From the NCBI RefSeq assembly GCF_024521635.1, contig NW_026250436.1:62001-126000 (forward strand): 64,000 nucleotides of DNA, in the 5' to 3' direction. This DNA is from Tricharina praecox (taxonomy: Eukaryota). The notes below the pieces were generated by a model. The model worked only from the letters and a program-made list of their open reading frames with translations. It did not search any database and was not told the origin of the DNA. This document shows, one piece after another, positions 21,248 through 35,817 of the stretch (positions are counted from its first letter, which is position 1; every line of letters starts with the position of its first letter). A program made the position numbers and the translations under genes.

Positions 21248-22379
21248 ACAATGCGATGTGAATGGGTGGGCCAGCGAGATGCTTCTAGTGCACACTCGAG
21301 CAATGACCATACACATGTCTCCCCAACTAAAGGCAGTCCAAAGGCAGTCCATCGTAAAATCAAGATCAAGATCGAGGGAAGAGAAGAAGAAGGTTTGGTC
21401 TTATGTAACGGCAACGCGAGAGATCGCTGTTCAGCTCCTGCACTTCGTATCCACCATTAGACCACTCGAAGTCCGAGGTCAGAGACTGTGAGTAAGAGCA
21501 AGAAATTACCGTTGTGGATGTTTATGTGCCGGGTGGGTGTGGATGTGGTTGTGATGTGCCGGCTGGATGTGGTGTGCCGTATGGAATACGGGGTGCGTTG
21601 CGTAGCGGGCTGCGGGGTGCATATGCAGACTGAAGTTAAAACTGGGACTGGAAGCTGTGAGTGGTCGCGGAGTGAACGAAGAAAAAAAGGAAATATGTAA
21701 AAGGTTAATGAGGGTGTCTGGCTGGCTGGCTGGCTGGCTGTGTCTGGCTGTATCCATTGGGTATGGTGTACGGCGTAGAGAAACCAGTAAGCCTTTTGGG
21801 GGGATTATGGATGTAGTACGGATGGCATCACTCGAGCTCGCTCGCGTGGGGCTGATCACTTCGTGACTGTGAGGTGCGTTCTGCACCGCTGGGGATCGGA
21901 GGGAAGCTGGGCGGATCTGTGAGGAGACAGGAATGAGGTAGGTATAGTGGGTATAGAGCTTGCTAGAGCTTGCTAGAGCTTGCTACCTAGTACGGGAAAG
22001 TCTGGAAAGTCTGGAAAATCTGGGAACGTTCGAGTGCGATGAGTGCAGTGAAGCCAAAGCCCAAATTCTGGTATGTAGAGGTTGGAGCCTGGAGAGTCCG
22101 GCGTGCTTGAGCAGACAAACGGTTACGCGGGTGTGGGCCGGAGGCAGCAGCCTGGGGGATACGCAGCGGTCAACTTGTGACCGTCTTAGAATCACCATGC
22201 AGTACCCACCTCTGAGGAAGGGTGAATTGGAGTTTGTGATTCCCGCTGGACCAATCACGGCAAAGTGCAAATCCTCCGTTCTAACTATTCCAAGGAAAGA
22301 TAGAGTACAGCTGTCAAAGCTCATTCACGGCGTCATCCGACAAGGCTCGACACATATCCACAGCGCAGACAAGAGCTCT

Positions 22380-22608
22380 CAGAGTCAATGGCGAGAGAGA
22401 ACATCAATTTGAGTTGTTGCATACGGCCTTACTAGACTTTGGCGACTACTCAGAGTCAATGGCAAAGAGAGAGAGATCTTCAGTTTATTTCGCATGCAGC
22501 CTATCTAGACTATGGCGAAGCGTCGCACTCCTTTCCTGCCCACTCTGTCCAGCCGGGAGTTGAAACCCTGTTACCAGCCAGCACGATGGGGCGCCCAGAG
22601 TCAATGGC
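22380..22608 (+). repeat. Degenerate tandem repeat of about 72 bp marked by three exact CAGAGTCAATGGC copies
   Basis: The 13-mer occurs at 22380, 22451 and 22596; CTAGACT(T/A)TGGCGA also recurs in units 1 and 2. Confidence 0.8.
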
Positions 22609-25600
22609 TTCCTGAACTGAACGACAACTTGACAAGGCTGCTCGAGTGATCTGCCGTGATGCATAGTGGTCTCGGACATGAAATATCACCCTGCCTGCTG
22701 TCGGCGGGATCAATCGTGTGTGGCCTGACACAAATTCTGGTAGGCGTAACTTACACTCCTACCGCTCATTCGCCTCACCTCCGTGCCGCGCCTCTGCCTC
22801 CCGGACCTTGAAACCGAGTGATTATGTGTGTCCGTTCGTGACGGAGAGAATACTGCTTCCAGCATGTTGCATTGTTGCATTGTTGCATTATTGAATATGT
22901 TTACCGCGACGACGACGGCAATAGGGGACTTCGTTACGGTTTCGTTTCGTGGCAACTGACTACCGCATGCCGCTCCAGTTACCAGTTGGTTGAGGCAACG
23001 GCCCGCAAGGCCACGGAACAACTCGGCGTAGTTCGGGACAAATGATAAATCCCGGGTCACTGATATGGGGATCAACTTTCCAGTCGCCGCATCGGAGGCG
23101 GTCGGTCACATCACATCATGAATATCCCGACCCAGCCCGGCCCTGATTCTGATGATGATTCTGATTTATAGGAATGACCATCCACAATCCACCTTCCCCG
23201 CCCCGTCCCGTCCATGTTCCGCCTTGTTTATCTACACCGGAGGACCGGATGGTACATACCTACATAAGTACACAGGTACATAAAATCGGTCATTTCTTTG
23301 CGCCGTGACTTCTAGGACTACTTGGTTACAGCTTCACAGGGTCTTTGTCGTTTCACGGGCCGTTCCCAAGCACGACGATCACGGACTAGGACTGGGGGAA
23401 GTGGGCGCAAGATAGCAATACGGGAGATCCAGGACAGATGAACGGTGGGTGGGTGGGTAGCCGGACTACCTATTCCCATCACTGTCGAGGAAGGCTTCTA
23501 CTGCTTCTCGACATTCAACGGTTCTACCAGCGGCCCTTTCGGTCCGGCGGGGAATACCTACTTGCTCAAGACTGCCGGGACGACCTCTCGGGGGGTCTCC
23601 ACTGTCGCAGCGAGTAGTTACCTACCTAGCAGTCACGGTTTAACGCTCCCGAGAGTCGAACTATCTACCTACCAATGATACCGTTGGCTACCAAGAATCG
23701 GGACCATCCACGAACCAGCAACTAAACCCTCTACCTATGTATGTACTCGGGTGTAAGGTAAGTGCTGCCTTAGCTTAGTCACAACCACTCACTCATTTCA
23801 TTGTATCTGGCTTAGTGTGCTCCTAATATAGACTAATTCTTATAATTCATAATGGTGGTGAGGCACCACTTATTGGCAGCTCCTGGTACATTCAACGCAC
23901 AGCGGGAATGATCGGATTCACAGAGCAGCCAAACTAGGTAGGGGAAAGACAGATCGGAGGCGGCGAGCCCGACAAAAGCGGCGCGACATAGGAACTACTT
24001 AGGTAGGATATGCAGGATATGAAAGCTCGGCCTTCGGGCAGGACTCGAGGATAACTAAGGTTGCATTGCATGCTAGTGCGCTCACTCGACAAGCACCTAC
24101 GACGCATGGCCATTTCACCACTCGACTAACGCAAGATAACAGCAGGCCAGCAATCAGGCAGGCAAGGAAAGAAGTATGAATAAGGGCTTTGCGTCTTTGC
24201 GGGGCTGGCGGAGTGACGGAGTGGCGGAGTAGCACGACCGACCGAGCCGAGCGCCGATGCCGGTACCGGACTGCCCCAAGTTCCAAGTTCCAACCCATAC
24301 AGGTACATGTTGCGAAACATCGCCGGGGGGTGGAGACTGACTGGAGTCAAACAAAGACGGAACAAGTGACAATACCAGTGCCAACTCACAAAGAGATAGA
24401 ACGTTGGGAACGGCCAACAGGATGTTGGAAGAACTCGAAAGAAAGAAAGGAAGATGGCGGGATTATCCTACGGCTTACCCCATCCACCGGACCGCCGTCG
24501 GAGTCCCGCTTTTATAGCATTCCGGTACCTGCCCCCGGCGTGGTCATCCGAGCTTGGAAAAACGGCATTTACCATCCAGAGTTCGCGGCCTGTACATACC
24601 TAGCATGGTCAGAAGCACGATAGGCAGGCCTTCCACTCCGACTGCGGTCTCGCCCCGTTGGGCCGTTGGCAGCTGCGTTATGGTTGCCGCGGAGATCTAC
24701 TCTCCCCACCGCTGGAAGAAGCAACAACTTCGAGAGAAGCAGCGATGAATCAGAAGGAGACACAGGCCGAAGGTGAAGTGGACGAGAGTGCGACTGTGCG
24801 ACTGTGCGACTGCGCGACTGTGCGAGGCGTAGGCTACAGGACCAACCGACTCATGAGCGATGACGGACTTCCAGAGCGGCGACTGTCTACCTAATCGTTG
24901 ACGTGGGGGGCTCCATCTTTGAGTTGGAGTTGGACACCTGGCCGATTCGGTGTAGGTACTAGTATTCCCGACATGTCGGATGCGCCGAAGTGACAGAAAC
25001 GAATCGGGATTTCCTTTCGTGGCGCCTGCTAGTTAGTTAACTCTTAACGGCTTTCCGCCGGCCATCGATCACGCAGGGACGTTGGAATGTTGTTGATGGC
25101 GACGAATTATTGCTGAATGCGTATGTATGTACGGCGGCCGGCGGCCAACAGTGGTTCAATCCGATGACTACCTAGGTAGATACAGACATACAGCAAACCG
25201 CTGCGATTCTGGAATCTGCAGCTTCAACGATTCAACGAATGCGGTACCTACCTCTGGTTGAACCCCACTCACCCGGGGGCTCTACCTTAGGTAGGTATCC
25301 GAGCTCAGACGTGTGGCGGAGCTCCACGTTAACGTTAGTTAACGTTGGGATCGGGGGGCATACGTATCGACCTACCTACCTACGCCATGCAACATTGCAG
25401 CCATTACCTACCGCAGCGCCGTGAGTTCAGTTCGCCGTGAAGTTGATGAAGCCATATAGTGATCCCGAATTGAATTGAATTGTCCGATCGACCGGAGCTT
25501 ACCGGCCAAACGAGTGCTAACTATCATCTACCTACTCTAACTGCCTATGACGTCGCAATGAAACTGTCAATGGCCGGGAACAAGCGAGAGAAAAAGGACT

Positions 25601-28600
25601 GATCCCTCCACGCCGAGCTCGAGGATCTTTCTATTTGTGGGTCGAGGTGAAACGGCCCACGGGCCACGGCCTATGGGCCTTCCGACAGCCTATGTATGCT
25701 ACAGGGCTGAAGCAGCAAGCTCGAGCTGACCCTACTGACCATTTAGCTAGCTCTCACTCGCTGCACGTGTGCTCCTCCGGGGGGCCCATCTCGAAGTCGA
25801 GATCTTTTCAAACAACATGCAAAGCCCGGAACGGAGCCGCGACGACCACGACCACGTCGATGATGATGACGATGATGACGACGGGCCCAGTGGCCGAGCG
25901 CCTGCAGAATTTCTGCCCCATGATCTCAGTGGGGGGGCTGTGCGTGTGTGCACTGTGGTGGAGTAAAAAAGACAAAAAAAGGTTATTTCAATTCCCCGCA
26001 CTCGTGTTGGCCGGACGGGGGACGGGGGGGACGGGGGGGGCTCGGCGGGGTTGATGTTGGGCCGTACATGCGGTATTAGAGCAACGCCCGCCTCTGCGAT
26101 TGGCCCGGGCGGTGACGGCCATCTCCAACGCATGCCTCCCTCAAGAAAACCGCTCGTTCGCGATCGCGATGTCGACGCTCACTCCCCCCCCCCCAACCCC
26201 ACCAATGGCCGCTCCACACAAGTAAACATCCATGCGGGAGCCCTTGCGGCCTGCGGCCGGGCGCGCGATCGCGATCGCAATCTACGGCGGCGATCGGGTC
26301 CCAGACGTGGCTTGACGTTTCTTTTTTGCGCGTGGAGGATGCAAATGTAGGCATGCCGCGCGCAGAATCCAGGCGCGCTATCACTGGACGATGTCTCGGA
26401 GGGGGATGAACTTTGTTTCGTTGTGTTTGGTTGGTGCTGGGAAAGCATAATACCGTCAACGTCAACCCGCAGGATAGCATCGGTATGTATGGAGTACATA
26501 CGGTACATACGGTACATACATCTAGAGGCGGTCGAGATGCTGCTTGCCACCAGCCCCCCTCCATCCCCCCGCTGTCAACGCAGATAGATCATAGGTATCT
26601 CCCTGGCACTCCTATCTACACACGCGTCGCCATAGTTACATTATCCATACTGACATACATACAGGATACAGGTACATACATACCCAGAATGCCTACTTAG
26701 ATACACATCATATATCCCGCCTGACGGCCTGCCGCTTAACCTCTGCGGCCGCACGTCTGGGACGATCGTGCGTCCGTAGCGAGCAGCAGCAGCAGATCTC
26801 CGATCTCAGACATAAGGATGGTCAGTAGGGACGCGGACGCGGGCGGGAGTGTTGGTGCAATGGTGCCTTGGGCTTTTGGGGGCGGTCTGGATTCTGGAAT
26901 CGGCGGTCGAAACGGAGGTCGCTCTCCCTCACTCACACTCACACACATACACACGTAGGCGGGGTGGGGATGGCTATTCACGGTGCGACTGTTTCAGACA
27001 GGCAGACGGTGTTCCATCCATTCCATTACGTTTTCGTTGCGTCGGGGGAGATGGGACAGATGGAAGAGCTGGCTGGCCTGGACAACGCAGTCGTCTCCAC
27101 TCCCGCTTCACCACTCCACCACCGACTTCACTCCACTCCACTCGGCTCCGCTTTACTCTGTGATAGTACGTGGAAGGAATGAATGAGCTCAACAGATTTC
27201 GTGTGCCGGAATTCGCGATCGATAGACAAACAAAACAATATGGCAATCGCTGAGGGGATAGGTAATGTAACTATGTGGCGTTGTACCTAGTCAGTCCGCC
27301 GCTTCCGCCGCACCAACAACCTTGGGGGCGATCGCCAATTCCCTCACAGCTCAGCACGGCTTCTTTACCTATCGGATCACGGCGGCGCCGCGGAACCGTT
27401 ATGTATCCGTCACGGACCATCACTCACGCAGTCAGCAATGTCAGCATTCGGTTCCGGGGCAGCGGTTCGTGAACCTGGCTTTTCCCTGGAGCAGGTAGCC
27501 AGTTGATCCCCTTCCTTATCTGAGCGGGGCACGCACTTGCCTGCCTGCCGTTGGCCGGCCATACGCATGCTAACTAGTTGCTAGTTACATAGATAGATGT
27601 TTCGCATGGCGTTTAATATGCCGCCGCCAAATCAGCAGCTGCAGATCTAGCGCAGAGTTTCGACAGCGAAGAACCGAACGTCAGCCTCACTATTATTATT
27701 CCATCCCTCCCTGGCTCCCTCCCATCCTTCCCTTCCCTCGCGCCGCTGTCCTGCCTAGGCCCGCCCAACCGGAAGCTATCGATGGGAAAAGAACCCGGCG
27801 TGCATTAGTTAGCCAAGGCGGCGGGCGGGCAGTCGAGCGAATTCCCCTCTCTTCCCGCAGTTTCGTCTTCTTCCTCGAGCGTTTTGCTCGGCTTCTGACG
27901 GGGCGATGTAGTTAGATACCGTGCTCCGCCGCCGAATGACCATGGTCCACTGCCCGCAGTGGGTTCGAATCCGTTCTCTGCGGCGCTCGAGAGCTCGTGC
28001 ATAAGCGTGTGGTCACAGGTGTCTATGTATGCTATGTATGGCAGAAGAGTACACGTACTCACGCGTCGTTGGCGAGCGAAATAGAGTAGGCTGCTACGTA
28101 ACAGCTTGGGCCCTCGAAAGGGGACCATCATAGGATGGATGGAGGGAGGGATGGATGGAGGGAAGGATGGATGGATGGGTGAGCCAGGGGAGAACTTCAA
28201 GAGGCGACTTTCCGTTGACTAGCCCAGACCACTCGCTGCGGCGGCGACGGATGCTACAGACTAGTTTACGGCTTAGGTAGTACGAGTACGTAGAGTACAT
28301 ACTTGGTAAGTTGGTGCCGTAGTCTGCCTCCATCAGTTAGGGCTCGATTACAAGACAAGAAAAGAAAAAAAAGCAAGAAAGCCCATGATCTGAGCAGTTG
28401 AGTTGCGAGGGGAAAAAAGAAAAGAGGGGTATGTACCTAGACTACTGTATGTAAGAAGTATGTAAGTGTGTATGGATGGCTGTATGTACTCTATATCAAG
28501 GGTGGTGGCCGGAAGGAACATGTGTCAACGCCCTATCACGACCGTTACATCAAGATGTTTCCGCCGTCCGGCGCGGCCGGCAGGTAAAGTAGGCAGTCGC

Positions 28601-28998
28601 CGCTGTCGAAGCCGTTCCACCATCCACGAAGGGGAATGCTCCCTCCATCCATCGGAATTACCCACCACCCCACCACCACCCACCACCACTACCACCGCAA
28701 CCCATCATCTTCTTCATCAGCAATGCATCGGCCGGCCCACACTGAAATATCGCCAACCAACCAAGTCGGCCATCCAGCCAGCCATTCCTGCAATGTGAAA
28801 GGGGAAAAAAAAATGGAAAATTAAAAATCGGTGAGTAGAGTAGCTGCCTTCGTGTTTCTGCGCACAGACGTGGCTGAATATATTACCGCCTTAGTGTTGG
28901 GAGCATGAGGCCGACTGCCTATGTACATACCTACCTAAATACCTACATACATACATATCCACACCGTACTGTATGCCGTTGAATGGCGCGCTCCGACG

Positions 28999-29032
<34 letters not shown>

Positions 29033-30028
29033 GAAAGCGGGGCCCTGGGGAGGAGGAGGGGGGCGGTGAGCGGGGGACGGGGGGCGGGAAAGTGAAGAAA
29101 AAAATAGCAGCAGCGCTGTCCTGTCCGTCTGTCTCGTCGTTGCTCTTGCCCCGTCCGTCCAGATACAGCAATGATCATGGAGGTTTAGAGTATGCCTCTT
29201 CCCAAAGCGATCGAGATCGATAGCCATGGCGGTGCCGTGCGTAGATCAGAGATCTCAAGCAGCGCATACATACCTACATATCTACATACACCAGCAATAT
29301 GTACCGCACAACCTCGAACTACATACAGACTTAGGTACACTACGCACATTGGCCGCTGTGCGGGCGCGAAAGATGGTGGAGGTGAGGGGGGAGGGAGGGG
29401 GGAGGGGGGAGGGGGGAGGGGGGAGGGTGCATTGGCATTGGATTGGAAGATTGTGTATGGCTCCATCCCCCCAAAAAACTCTGAATGTATCTACTCCCTT
29501 GCCTAATCTTTAATCCTCACAGTAGTCTACATACTTACGGCGTAAGATATTTCGAAACCACGCATCGTAGCGCTCCACTACGGTACTATGCTGCCTTCCC
29601 TCTTCCCCATGATGGATGGGCATCCGCATCTCTGCTTTTCCCCCGATCCCCGCCAATGATGATGCTCCACCACTCCTATCGCGCAACAACAACAATAACA
29701 ACGTACAAAGTACTCTACTCTAGCATAGTGCAGAGGGTAGGCTATGAGTGTACATGTCTGGTACTTACTACCCACCAGCAGGAGGACATGCCACACGGGG
29801 CGGAGGGGCATCAAAGCGGGCGAGTGAGAGCGGCAGCTCACCCATTAGAAAGGCATATGTGGTTAAGCATTCCAATCCCACCCACAGAAAGCCTACTCGC
29901 TCACTCGCCCGCCGTCCCCCCCAGCCAGCCAGCCAGCCATCCAGCCAGCCAGCCAGCCATCCAGTCAGCCAGCCCATCCATCCAGCCAATTCGTTTCATC
30001 GGATTCTCTCCAAACCCCGAACCCCGAA

Positions 30029-30029
<1 letters not shown>

Positions 30030-30076
<47 letters not shown>
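30030..30076 (+). repeat. Poly-C homopolymer (47 nt)
   Basis: Read directly from the sequence. Confidence 0.95.
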
Positions 30077-33000
30077 ATGCCCCCTCCTCATCCTGTGGGG
30101 CGAAGCGGGAAAAGAAAAGAAAAGAAAAGAAACATCTTCTCTACTATAGTACCTGCCGGCCGTCCAACCAGCCAGCCCAGTCAGCCCAGCCAGTCATCCA
30201 GCCAGTCAACCAACCACGGCCCACGCTTGGAGAAGAATCATGTTTTTTCTCTTTCTCTTCCACGTCATCATCCAGCCCGCTGCGATTCAGGAATCTTCTG
30301 TTGCATACATACACAATGATACTATCTATACATACTCGAAAGGAAAAGGAAAGGAAAAGGAAAGGAAGAAAGAAAAAAGAAAACTCACATGGCAACGGGA
30401 CGGGTGTGTTGAAGTTTAATCTTGCTGGAAGCCCGGAATTCCGAATGGCGATGTGTATGTATGTACATACATAGAACGGAGCGGAGGAGGCGATCGCCGG
30501 AAAGAAAAAACAAGTACATATCTACATACCGCTTGTACACGGCCCGCCCGCCCACCGGCTACTACTCTGGAGCAAATGTCCATTGCCCATTGCCTACCTA
30601 CCTACCTATCATACCACGAGTCCACAGCTAGGCTAGTTTCGTTTGTAGACGAAAAGAAAAGCAAAGCCAATCCCGTCCCCCGTCCCCGTCCCTCCCCCGC
30701 GCGTTCGTTCGTTCGTTCGGTTACTCGGTTCCAACGGTTTCAGTGTCAGCTCCCCCTCTCCCTCTCGCTCCCTCTCGCTCGCCACCCAAGCCACCGAGAC
30801 TGAATGTCTGAAACCAATAGTTGCCGTCCGCCATCGGGCTCGGTAACACTACTGCTACTACTGCTACTACTGCTATGTGCTCTACTATCGCCATACATAC
30901 ATAGGCCATACACACATACATACAGAGCATTAGAACAGGCTTCTATAGCTCCGCAGGTATAGTGGAATACCTACGGGGTCGTGGTCGGGTCCGGGTCCGA
31001 GTACGTACTCTGCTACTCTACTACCTATAGCCAACCACAGTCCGGCCCGCCCGCCGAGTGATGGCCGATGCCACCGCCGCAAGCCGGGGAGGTGCGCTGT
31101 GCGGGAAAAGGTGATATCAATAACGACAAAAACAACGACAACAACTCACAGGAAATCAAGCAGCCAGTCAGCCAACCAGCCGACCGGACATGGCTACACT
31201 CGTCCCAACAACCAGAGACATGTACTTCCTGTACTTACTGTACTGTACAAACGACATCACCCCACAGACCACAGGCCACAGCTACAGGCCACCACGACAG
31301 CTACACCTAGCTATCGTACTCCACAGAATACCGTAGCTAGCTTGCCCCACACTGCACATATCTCACAGCTCACGATGCAGGTATGCCTGCGGCATACCTA
31401 ACTTCCCGCACACCGCCGCCGCCGCTCCGCTCCACTCCGGGGTACATACGTCCGCCCTGTGCCAGTGGGCTGTCTGCTCTGTATGTTCTGGCTGGCTGTC
31501 TCTGCCCTGCCCATACACAACTACCTACTACTGGTACTCTATGTAGTAAAGTAGCCAATGCCTGCCTGCGAGAAGAAGAAAAACACATACATACATACAG
31601 ACAGACAGACAGATAGAATTAAGCGCTCACCTCGGAAAAACTCTGCCCTCCCTCCAGGCTCCCTCCCTCAGAGCTTCCGCTCAGAGACTCGGCAGATGTC
31701 TGTCCGTCTGTGTGTCTGTCCGTCTTTCCGTCTGAACTATCTACGGCTCCCCGGTCCCCCATGTCTCCCACTGCATGTCAGTGTCCATGTCAGCGTCTCC
31801 CTACAATCCCAAATGTCGGTTGCCCAACCGCCAACCGCTCCCATCCACTTGGCCTGGTCCAATCCTCCTGGTTCAATCCGCCTGGTTCAATCCGCCGCAA
31901 TGGAATCCGGGGTTCGAATGGTCCGACAGGACAGGAATGCTAGCTCGTTGGCTCGTTGGCTCGTTGGTTGGCTGTTTGGCAGGACATTGGCAGTTGGCGG
32001 GGGAGGGGGGAGATCGTGACCTCGTGCCTGCCTGCGTGCAGCAGTGGACGCGCAGTACTAGTTCAGGTAGCTATCACTCGCTCGTGATCATGTTCCATGA
32101 CATGACATGACAGCTCCGAGCTCTGAGGTGTACCTACATACATACCTCCTACATACCGGTACAGTTCTTCAGGCAAAATACTACATATGTACGGACAGAA
32201 AAGCCCGCTAGAGAGAGTTGCCGTAACATAACATGGAGGGGAGGGAAGGAATACATGCTCTACTCCATAGGTTCATAGGGTCCATAGGCAGGTTCCATAG
32301 GTATCAATGTATCATAGGTATCATAGCCTCATAGGATGAGCTTTCCGCCCATCCATCCATCCTTCCTTCCCAGAGCACTCTAGATTACCTAGATATTGCA
32401 GCACCGATCGATCATTCGCCAATTGCCTCCCGCAAGCTAGGTACAAGGCACTAGGTAGGTCGTTATAGCGGCGGCGGCGGCCGTCCCAACTTCCAAACTA
32501 CCGGTCCAATGCCAATGCCAATGGAAACGGCAATGCCATGAAAATGCGATTCACAAGCCAGCCCTGTCCAGACTTCAGAGCGATCCCGTCATCCTGGAGG
32601 AGGTTTTTCCGAAGCTTTGTTCTCCCGTTATTTTCCTTTCTTTTCTTCTTTGTTTCTTTTACGAATACGTTAGATCAGTTACCAGCGAAGCTCGCACTAC
32701 ATATCTGCTAACTACTCTAGTGGAGTAACTAACTAGAGTCAACGGCCAACGACGAAACGCTTCGGCTGCTTACGAGGTTAGCTAGAAAGGTACATAGCTG
32801 GGTAGGTAGCCGGCCGGCCAATCATGTCGGGGCCTTGCCACACACCCGTCACGAGCGCGCGCACTCTGGAGTTGGTTGGTGGCTTGGTGGGTGGCTTGGT
32901 TGGTTGGTAAGGTATGGTGGGATTGGAGAAGAAGCTGGAGAAGAAGAGAAGAGAAGGGAAGAAGAAGAAGAAGCAGGGAAGAACAACAACAAGAAGAAGA

Positions 33001-33488
33001 CTGGGAATACCTACAGACCCTCCGGTACCTGTTTTCCCTTTCCCCTCCGTCGGCACTTCGACACTTCGGTGCCGGAACCGTCGAGCGCACGGCGGCGGAG
33101 TGGAGTGTCACTCACTCCCTCACTCACGAGGGATCACCCCGCCCCCTCCCCTCCCCTCCCCTCCCCTCGAGGAGACCGTTATGCATACCCATAGCATCCC
33201 ATATGTACCATGCCATACCATACCACAACCACCCTCAGTGGCGAGACAACACGTAGTGTATGTATGTAGAGTACGTAGCCCAACCAAACCCATTCAACCC
33301 AACCCATTCACCCCCCGGCAGGCCGGCGCCCCAAGTTCCAACCAACGTGCGTGCGTACGTGCGTACACTAAACATGCCCACCTACATACATAACTACCCA
33401 CCTACATAGCTACATCCGCTAGCATACACACAGGTACAAGAGTTATGTAGAGTACGGTCCCTCGGAATCGGAATCGGAGATCGCGCAC

Positions 33489-33603
33489 CCTCCCCTTCCT
33501 TCGCTCAATCCCTCCCCTTCCTTCGCTCAATCCCTCCCCTCCTCAATCCCTCCCCTCCTTCAATCCCTCCCCTTCAATCCCTCCTCAATCCCTCCTCTCC
33601 CCT
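33489..33603 (+). repeat. Pyrimidine-rich minisatellite built on TCAATCCCTCCCC units
   Basis: About six TCAATCCCTCC units with variable spacers. Confidence 0.85.
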
Positions 33604-34106
33604 CAACCGCCAGTCAGCCAGTCAGCCAGTCCTCGCTGTGGCACCGCATCACTGGCCCGCTGGCCGCACGGACCCACAGCCTACATTCAATGCGCAGAGC
33701 TCTGCACCCCAGAACCAGAACCAGTATGTACCCAAGTCTAGGAGTCCGAAGTCCAAGAGTGCCAGGAGTCCAGAACGGCCGCTCACGGGTGCGGATTCCC
33801 AGTGCGACCGAGTGGTAGCATGAGCAGCAGCACGAGCAGCACGAGGATCTAGGTAGGTACCTGGTACTCTATCTATCCATGATGTGAGAGAAGGGGAAGG
33901 GGGGAGAAAGGAAGGGATAAAAAGCGAAAGAAAAAAGATAAAGGATAAAAGAATAATAAACGGCCCGAAGTTCAAAGCTCAAAGCTGTCCTCCTGTGGAA
34001 GGTAGAGTAAGCAAGCAAGTGCTTGGAGTCGATCAGTCAGCCCAGCAAGTCCAGCAAGCCAGTCAGCCCATCCACCAACTAAAGATACACCTATACACCA
34101 TACCCA

Positions 34107-34162
34107 CCATACCTTACCCACCATACCTTACCCACCATACCTTACCCACCATACCTTACCCA
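34107..34162 (+). repeat. 14-bp tandem repeat (CCATACCTTACCCA)x4
   Basis: Four perfect copies read directly. Confidence 0.95.
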
Positions 34163-35817
34163 CCTCTACCCTACATAGATAGACGGGAAAGATAGGGATC
34201 CTCTACATGATAGATAGATCTGCAAGCCCGCAATCGCTCAATTAATCAATAATATCCACCAACGCAACGCACAGTAGGTACAGCACAGCACAGAGAGTGA
34301 GGTGAGACTGACCGACCGACTGACTGACTGCACAACTGCGAATATTTGAAGAGAAAACTAGAGTACTTCTATAGTAATACATGAAGTACAAAGATAATAA
34401 AAACGCTTTTTTTCATCCGACACAGAGGGAAGATAGAGTAGGTAGACAAACAGAAACAGGAAGAAGGAATGAGGCGGAAAAAAGAAAAGGAAAGGAAAGA
34501 GAAGGAAGAGAAAATAAAAACCTCATTCACATAGTGACTGATACAATATTATCGCACACCCCACGCTCGCTCGATCGCTAAAAACAAATAAAAAAGTCAC
34601 GACAGGAAGCAAAAAAAAAGACCAAAGTGACGGGAGGCAACCAAAAATGAAACGAGATTCGAACATATTCATGAACTGCACAGCATCATGTATCATAAAA
34701 ATAAAAAAACACCCCAAAAGTTGCCTCATTGAACCCGTTTATTGAGTGCGAAGAAACCATCCACCCTCCCAAGAGTTCCCCAATATCCTATCCTACCCGC
34801 CCCGATTCCCTAAACCATCCATCATTTGATCGCTTCCAGCAATTGCGCAAAAGAGGAGAGAACGAAAAGACAACGCGAAAGGAAAAACATAGAAAAGAAG
34901 AGAAGAAACCATCCGTGAACCCGTAATGCGTGAAGAAAGGAAAGAAAAGAAACCCAAAAGAGAAGATAATCCCTGCCTTTTGTAACAAGGAATTGAAGAG
35001 AATCCGTTAGCTTTTTTTTTTGTCCATTCCCGAATTTGGCCTCCCAACATCCCCCGTAATCCAGCCCAAGCCCCATACCCTCCTTCACTGTGCGCTCGCC
35101 CCGCAGCCAAAGGTGCCGTCAGTCCCAAACCAGTGTTCCTTTCCTTCCACCCTTCCTCGTACCATTCCTGCCGTGCCATGCCCATCCTTGCCGTCCTCCC
35201 ACCTCCATATTCCCTCTCGGATGTCCCCGGAACGATAACTCCCCAGTGTTGATAGCAGTCAAAGAAAAGTAAGATGTAAACAAATGCAAGCAGATGAGAT
35301 GCGTCAAAAAACAGTCCAAAGAAAAGGAAAAAAAGCCCAACCCGATACCCGCAAGGAAACAAGAGCAACGCAAGACAGAAAAGCAGAAACAATAACCCAA
35401 GCACAAAGAATCGCCTAGATAAAGCAGATACAAGAAGAAGAAAGTAAGAGAATAGACGCCACATCGCAAGGTGCAAACTGCATGTGCATATCGAGGATGG
35501 AAAAAAAAGTCCCAAGTATAAAAAAACAATGCAAGAATCGAATCGATAGACAGCCGTAAGCAGGATAGGGAAAACCGACAGAACACGAACGGCCAGGGCC
35601 CGAGCAAAGGTGCGCCTCGCATGTGTACAAACGTCCCAATATGTGACACTTGAATGGTAAGGTGGGACGACCAGGAAGGTGACAGGCATCAACAGACCCG
35701 TTGAGATGTCTGTCTGACTGTACACCTCCAACGTTGAAGTTGACCGTTTCCGTCGTTTCGTCGTTGGAACCAAACAAGACCCTCTCCCCCTCTCCTCAGA
35801 AAATTCCAAGAGACAAT

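Larger units (their letters stand above)
21081..35817. other. 14.7-kb non-coding tract between the convergent 3' ends of TLG2 and the CBM21 gene
   Basis: Only short or low-complexity ORFs without codon bias, abundant SSRs, and no recognisable TE domains. Confidence 0.75.

Noticed and set aside
27925..27985. tRNA-like GGTTCGAATCC (B-box / T-loop) at 27962-27972
   Set aside because: The T-stem does not pair (GTGGG vs CCGTT), and I cannot fold D or anticodon arms. tRNAscan-SE would settle it.
29485..30474. 329-aa ORF with poly-Pro
   Set aside because: It is kept open by the C47 homopolymer, CCAG repeats and A-rich tracts, and has no recognisable domain.
34793..35809. 338-aa hydrophobic ORF on the minus strand
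   Set aside because: The Phe/Leu richness follows from the U-rich 3' flank of the CBM21 gene; non-ATG start, no domain and no codon bias.
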